From the NCBI GenBank assembly GCA_035541055.1, contig DATKNZ010000220.1, positions 3,992 through 67,991 on the forward strand: 64,000 nucleotides of DNA, written 5' to 3'. Of this stretch, positions 60,423 through 64,000 are shown piece after piece. This DNA is from Candidatus Acidiferrum sp. (GTDB lineage Bacteria > Verrucomicrobiota > Verrucomicrobiia > Limisphaerales > UBA8199). The notes beneath the pieces were generated by a model, which ran no database searches, was not told the DNA's origin, and was given only the letters and a program-made list of their open reading frames with translations. A program made the translations under genes and the position numbers. The first letter of the stretch is position 1; every line of letters begins with the position of its first letter.

Positions 60423-60729
60423 ACGTTATGATAGACGTAAGTTAACGTGACACGGTTTCAGCTAAAATAAAGCCGCCGCGTGCCCGGGCGGCGCGTCCAC
60501 TGCGGGACCTGGCACCGGCAGGGCTTACCTCCACGGGACCGGGCGGATTCAAGCCTCCTCCCCATGAACCCTTGGCCCGATACCCGCCCCCTCACCCTTT
60601 CCCTCTACCCCTCGGAGGGGGAGAGGATTGCCGCAGGCCGGGTGTGGGGTTCAGCGGTGCAAAGCGCGAGCCCTGGGGCTGGGGGAATTCTCTCCCCATC
60701 CTCTCCGTATCCACGCCGTCCCCACGCCG

Positions 60730-60767
60730 TAGCATCAGCGGATGCTACGGCGTGGGGACCGCGTGCC
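60730..60767. repeat. Hairpin family 2 copy, perfect 17-bp stem
   Basis: CCCCACGCCGTAGCATC-agcg-GATGCTACGGCGTGGGG, 26 nt upstream of the shc ATG. Confidence 0.9.
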
Positions 60768-60792
60768 TACGGGGAGATTACGGGGTTCGGCG

Positions 60793-62901
60793 ATGCATTC
60801 GGAGAACCATCCCGAGGCTCCCGGCCCAGTCAACGAGACCTTTACAATTAGGCCCCCGGGCCGCAGATTATGGCGCGTGGATGCAGTTTCGTTCCGAGAT
60901 CGTGGGCTGGACGAGCCACCCCGTCAGCAACACTTCGGGTTCCGCCCACAGGCCGAGCTGGAGACCGCCATTGCGCGGTCGCAATCCTATTTGTTAAGCC
61001 AGCAGAAGCCGGAAGGTTACTGGATCGGCGAGCTGATGGTGGATGCCACGCTGGTGGCGGATATGATCGTGTTCCGGCATTGGGACGGCAAGGTGGACCC
61101 GCAGTGGCAGCGCAAGGCAGTCAATCATATCTTCTCGATGCAGTTGCCGGACGGGGGATGGAACATCTACTACGGTGGTCCGGCCGAAGTCAACGCGACC
61201 ATCAAATGTTACCTGGCTTTGAAGCTCGCGGGTGTGCCGGCGACGGATCGGCGCATGCTGCGCGCGCGCGAGGTGGCCAGGGGGTTGGGCGGGGTGCCGC
61301 GCCTGAACACCTTCTCCAAGCTGTTCCTGGCACTGCTCGGCCTGTTCCCCTGGGAATACGTGCCCACCATTCCTTGCGACGTCATCCTGCTGGGCAAGTG
61401 GTTCTACGTGAACATCAACGAGATGAGTTCGTGGAGCCGCTCCATGCTCGTCCCGCTTTCGATCATCAACCATTTCAAGCCCACGCGGTCGCCGAAACGC
61501 AGCGTCAATCTCAACGAGCTTTATCCGCAGGGCATGTACGAGCGCGACCTCGCCCTGGCGCCGGACCCTGAGCGCCTTACCTGGAGGAACTTCTTCCTCT
61601 GGGTGGACCGCGTAAATAAGTTTGCGGAGTGGTTCGCCGAACACGGCGTGCATCCCTTCCGCAAGCGGGCGCTCAAAAGATCAGAGGAATGGATGCTGGA
61701 GCGGTTCGAGGGCTCAGACGGATTGGCGGCCATCTTCCCAGGCATTCTCAACTCGCTCATCGCCCTGAAGGCGCTGGGCTACCCGGACGACCACTTCCAG
61801 GTGCGCCGAATCGAGCAGCAGCTCCAAAAGCACGCGCACGAAACGGAACACTCCTGGCACATCGAGCCCTGCCTCTCCCCGGTTTGGGACACCGCGATCG
61901 TGGCCGTCTGCCTGGCGGAATCCGGCCTGCCTGCCGACCACCCGGCGCTCAAGTCGGCGGCGGAATGGCTCATGTCCAAGGAAATCCGCTTCCGCGGCGA
62001 CTGGCAGTACAAGAACCCGGCGAAGGTCGAGCCCAGCGGTTGGGTCTTCGAGTTCGAAAACAAATGGAACCCAGACGTTGACGACACGGCGATGGTGCTG
62101 CTGGCCTTGCGCAAAGTGCCGACCGATGACCGGCAGCGGCGCGACGAGTGCTTCCAGCGTGGCCTGGCGTGGATGATGACCTTCCAATGCAAGGACGGCG
62201 GCTGGGCGGCATTCGACAAGGACTGCACCAAAGGCGTGCTGGAGAAGGTTCCCTTTGCCGACCATAACGCAATGCTGGACCCGGAATGCGCGGATATCAC
62301 CGCGCGCATCCTCGAATTGCTGGGCCATGAGGGCTGGAGCCTGGAGCATCCTCAGGTGCAAAAGGCGCTGCGATTTTTGCGCGAGCACCAGGAGGAAGAC
62401 GGGTCCTGGTATGGCCGCTGGGGAGTCAACTATGTGTACGGCACTTGGCAGGTCGTTCGCGGCCTGCGGGCAATCGGCGTGGACATGACCCAGGAATGGC
62501 TCATCAAGGCGCGGGACTGGCTGGAGAGCGTGCAGCACGAGGACGGGGGCTGGGGTGAACGCTGCAACACCTACGACGACCCGGTATTCAAAGGGCAGGG
62601 GCCCAGCACGGCGTCGCAGACTGCCTGGGCGGTCATGGGCTTGTGCGCCTTCGAAGATCCCGACCGGCCCAGCCTCTTGCGGGGAGTCGAGTACCTCATT
62701 CGCGCACAGAATCCCGACGGCTCCTGGTCCGAGGATGAGACGACCGGCACCGGCTTTCCCAGGGTGTTCTATCTCAAATACGACATGTACCGGAACAGTT
62801 GGCCGCTGCTGGCGTTGGCGACGTACCGCCAGGTCCTCACCCGGGCTGCCTCCGGCCGCGAGACAGAAGCAGCCGTACCCATGGGCATTCCGCGAGCCTG
62901 A
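60793..62901 (+). CDS. shc: Squalene-hopene cyclase
   Basis: DxDD motif (WNPDVDDTAMVLLAL) and multiple QW repeats (QKPEGYW, QLPDGGW, QCKDGGW, QEEDGSW, QHEDGGW, QNPDGSW). ATG at 60793. Confidence 0.9.
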   Translation: MHSENHPEAPGPVNETFTIRPPGRRLWRVDAVSFRDRGLDEPPRQQHFGFRPQAELETAIARSQSYLLSQQKPEGYWIGELMVDATLVADMIVFRHWDGKVDPQWQRKAVNHIFSMQLPDGGWNIYYGGPAEVNATIKCYLALKLAGVPATDRRMLRAREVARGLGGVPRLNTFSKLFLALLGLFPWEYVPTIPCDVILLGKWFYVNINEMSSWSRSMLVPLSIINHFKPTRSPKRSVNLNELYPQGMYERDLALAPDPERLTWRNFFLWVDRVNKFAEWFAEHGVHPFRKRALKRSEEWMLERFEGSDGLAAIFPGILNSLIALKALGYPDDHFQVRRIEQQLQKHAHETEHSWHIEPCLSPVWDTAIVAVCLAESGLPADHPALKSAAEWLMSKEIRFRGDWQYKNPAKVEPSGWVFEFENKWNPDVDDTAMVLLALRKVPTDDRQRRDECFQRGLAWMMTFQCKDGGWAAFDKDCTKGVLEKVPFADHNAMLDPECADITARILELLGHEGWSLEHPQVQKALRFLREHQEEDGSWYGRWGVNYVYGTWQVVRGLRAIGVDMTQEWLIKARDWLESVQHEDGGWGERCNTYDDPVFKGQGPSTASQTAWAVMGLCAFEDPDRPSLLRGVEYLIRAQNPDGSWSEDETTGTGFPRVFYLKYDMYRNSWPLLALATYRQVLTRAASGRETEAAVPMGIPRA

Positions 62902-64000
62902 TGCCCGACGCGCCGGCGCAAGCGGTCCCTCGCGCGAAGTTATGGCGGCGCGTGGCTCTCTACGTGGGGCTGATCCTGCTTTGCCTGGCGGTCGTCGTGC
63001 TTGCCCTGCGGCCTCACAAGGAGGCCGACGTCTTCAAGGGCAAGCCCATGCGGCAATGGGCGGCTCAACTGCTGGCACCCGGGTCCGACACACGTGCACA
63101 AGCCTCTGCCGTGTTCAGGGAAATGGGCAGTTCGGCGGTGCCCGGGCTGATCAGTCTGCTGGAGTCCCGGGACCCCATTTGGCGCCGGGTGTTGTGGGGA
63201 TGGACGCTGCGGCTCCCGCCCCGCTTGAGGCCGGGCCTGGTTCGTCATTCGCCAGTGCCCCAGGAGTCGGCCGCACACCAGGCCGCGGCGATGGCGCTGA
63301 GCTTGCTCGGCACCAACGCTGCCCCCGCAGTCCCGGCGCTCGGTCACGCATTGGTGAGCGGCGAGCGAGAAAACCGCTGGTATGCTGCCGATGCCCTCGG
63401 CGCCATAGGCAAGGAGGCACTCCCAGCGCTGACCAACGCACTGACGAATAGCGAGCCCGAGGTACGCGCGGCGGCCCTCCTTGGCCTGAGCAAGCTCGGC
63501 CCGGCGGCTGAATCCGCTGTCCCGCAGTTGATCGAGCGGCTGGGGGACAACAAACCGGAGGTCCGCGACAGAGCCGTGCAGGCTTTGGCATCCATCGGCC
63601 CACCGGCAGTCCCTGCGCTGGTCCGGGCCATCGAGCAGGAGCGCGGCGGCGTCCGGCAAGGCGCAGCACGCGCGGCGGGCTCAATGTTCGCCAGGCGGCG
63701 CGTCCTTGAACCGGCGCTGCTCGAGATGCTGCAGGACGATGACCCCGCTTCGAGGCAGCAGGCCATCATGTCCCTGGCCGCCCTGCGCGGTTCCGAGGAG
63801 CCGGTTATCCTGGGGTTGGCCGCCGCGCTCAAGGACCCTGCGCCCGAGGTGCGCGTCGCCGCCGCTAAAGGGTTGGGCGAAATGTCCTGGAAGGCCCAGC
63901 CCGCAGTGCCGGCGCTAACCGAGGCCTTGAAGGATGAGTCTCCCGCCGTCCGCTCGAATGTGGCGGTGACGCTCGGTAGAATCCGGGAATCCGAAGCCCG
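62901..64000 (+). CDS. HEAT-repeat protein with N-terminal TM helix (3' partial, runs off window)
   Basis: This frame is not in the ORF track because no stop is reached. ATG at 62901 overlaps the shc TGA (TGATG). WRRVALYVGLILLCLAVVVLAL, then repeated xPxVRxxAxxALGxIG units (EPEVRAAALLGLSKLG, KPEVRDRAVQALASIG, APEVRVAAAKGLGEM, SPAVRSNVAVTLGRI). Confidence 0.7.
   Translation, partial: MPDAPAQAVPRAKLWRRVALYVGLILLCLAVVVLALRPHKEADVFKGKPMRQWAAQLLAPGSDTRAQASAVFREMGSSAVPGLISLLESRDPIWRRVLWGWTLRLPPRLRPGLVRHSPVPQESAAHQAAAMALSLLGTNAAPAVPALGHALVSGERENRWYAADALGAIGKEALPALTNALTNSEPEVRAAALLGLSKLGPAAESAVPQLIERLGDNKPEVRDRAVQALASIGPPAVPALVRAIEQERGGVRQGAARAAGSMFARRRVLEPALLEMLQDDDPASRQQAIMSLAALRGSEEPVILGLAAALKDPAPEVRVAAAKGLGEMSWKAQPAVPALTEALKDESPAVRSNVAVTLGRIRESEA

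Noticed and set aside
62555-63451. 298-aa ORF overlapping the shc 3' end and the downstream region
   Set aside because: Its translation is Arg/Pro/Gly-rich with no motifs. The alternative frame from 62901 gives a TM helix plus regular HEAT repeats and stays open to the window end.

Overview
This is a high-GC window with two parts. (1) Positions 1 to about 40.2 kb are the right-hand ~40 kb of an integrated siphovirus-like prophage. Its + strand late genes are a scaffold-like ORF, an HK97-like capsid candidate, head-tail genes, a tail chaperone with a probable -1 frameshift, a 1563-aa tape measure, a 953-aa tail-tip protein and glycosyltransferases. A - strand block follows (superinfection-immunity protein, SNF2 helicase, N6-adenine DNA methylase), then an excisionase-like HTH and a tyrosine integrase lying 71 bp from tRNA-Leu(CAA) at 40234-40320. 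Terminase and portal are not in the window, so the element continues to the left. (2) 40.4-64 kb is ordinary PVC-type chromosome: DUF1501/PSCyt-DUF1553 and DUF1501/DUF1800 pairs, NHL propeller, SDR, FAD/Fe-S oxidase, MFS transporter, GH9-like hydrolase, RNase PH, squalene-hopene cyclase and a HEAT-repeat protein. The phylum guess (Verrucomicrobiota/Planctomycetota) is inference only. The most unusual signal is non-coding. Nearly every intergenic gap of the prophage is built from a shared vocabulary of period-7 (some 8-9) tandem arrays, arranged in a fixed order between stop and start codons. The same modules are also embedded in-frame in the tape measure, helicase and chaperone ORFs. A 16-bp palindrome, GTGCAGACGTCTGCAC, recurs at least 13 times and only in the prophage. 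There are three lower-GC cargo islands: immunity-like small proteins; an NHL PEP-CTERM protein plus GIY-YIG; and a DUF4145 cluster. The first and third are each driven by one of two inverted copies of a ~190-bp promoter/operator/leader module. All calls come from reading the sequence and ORF translations by eye; no database search or folding program was available.
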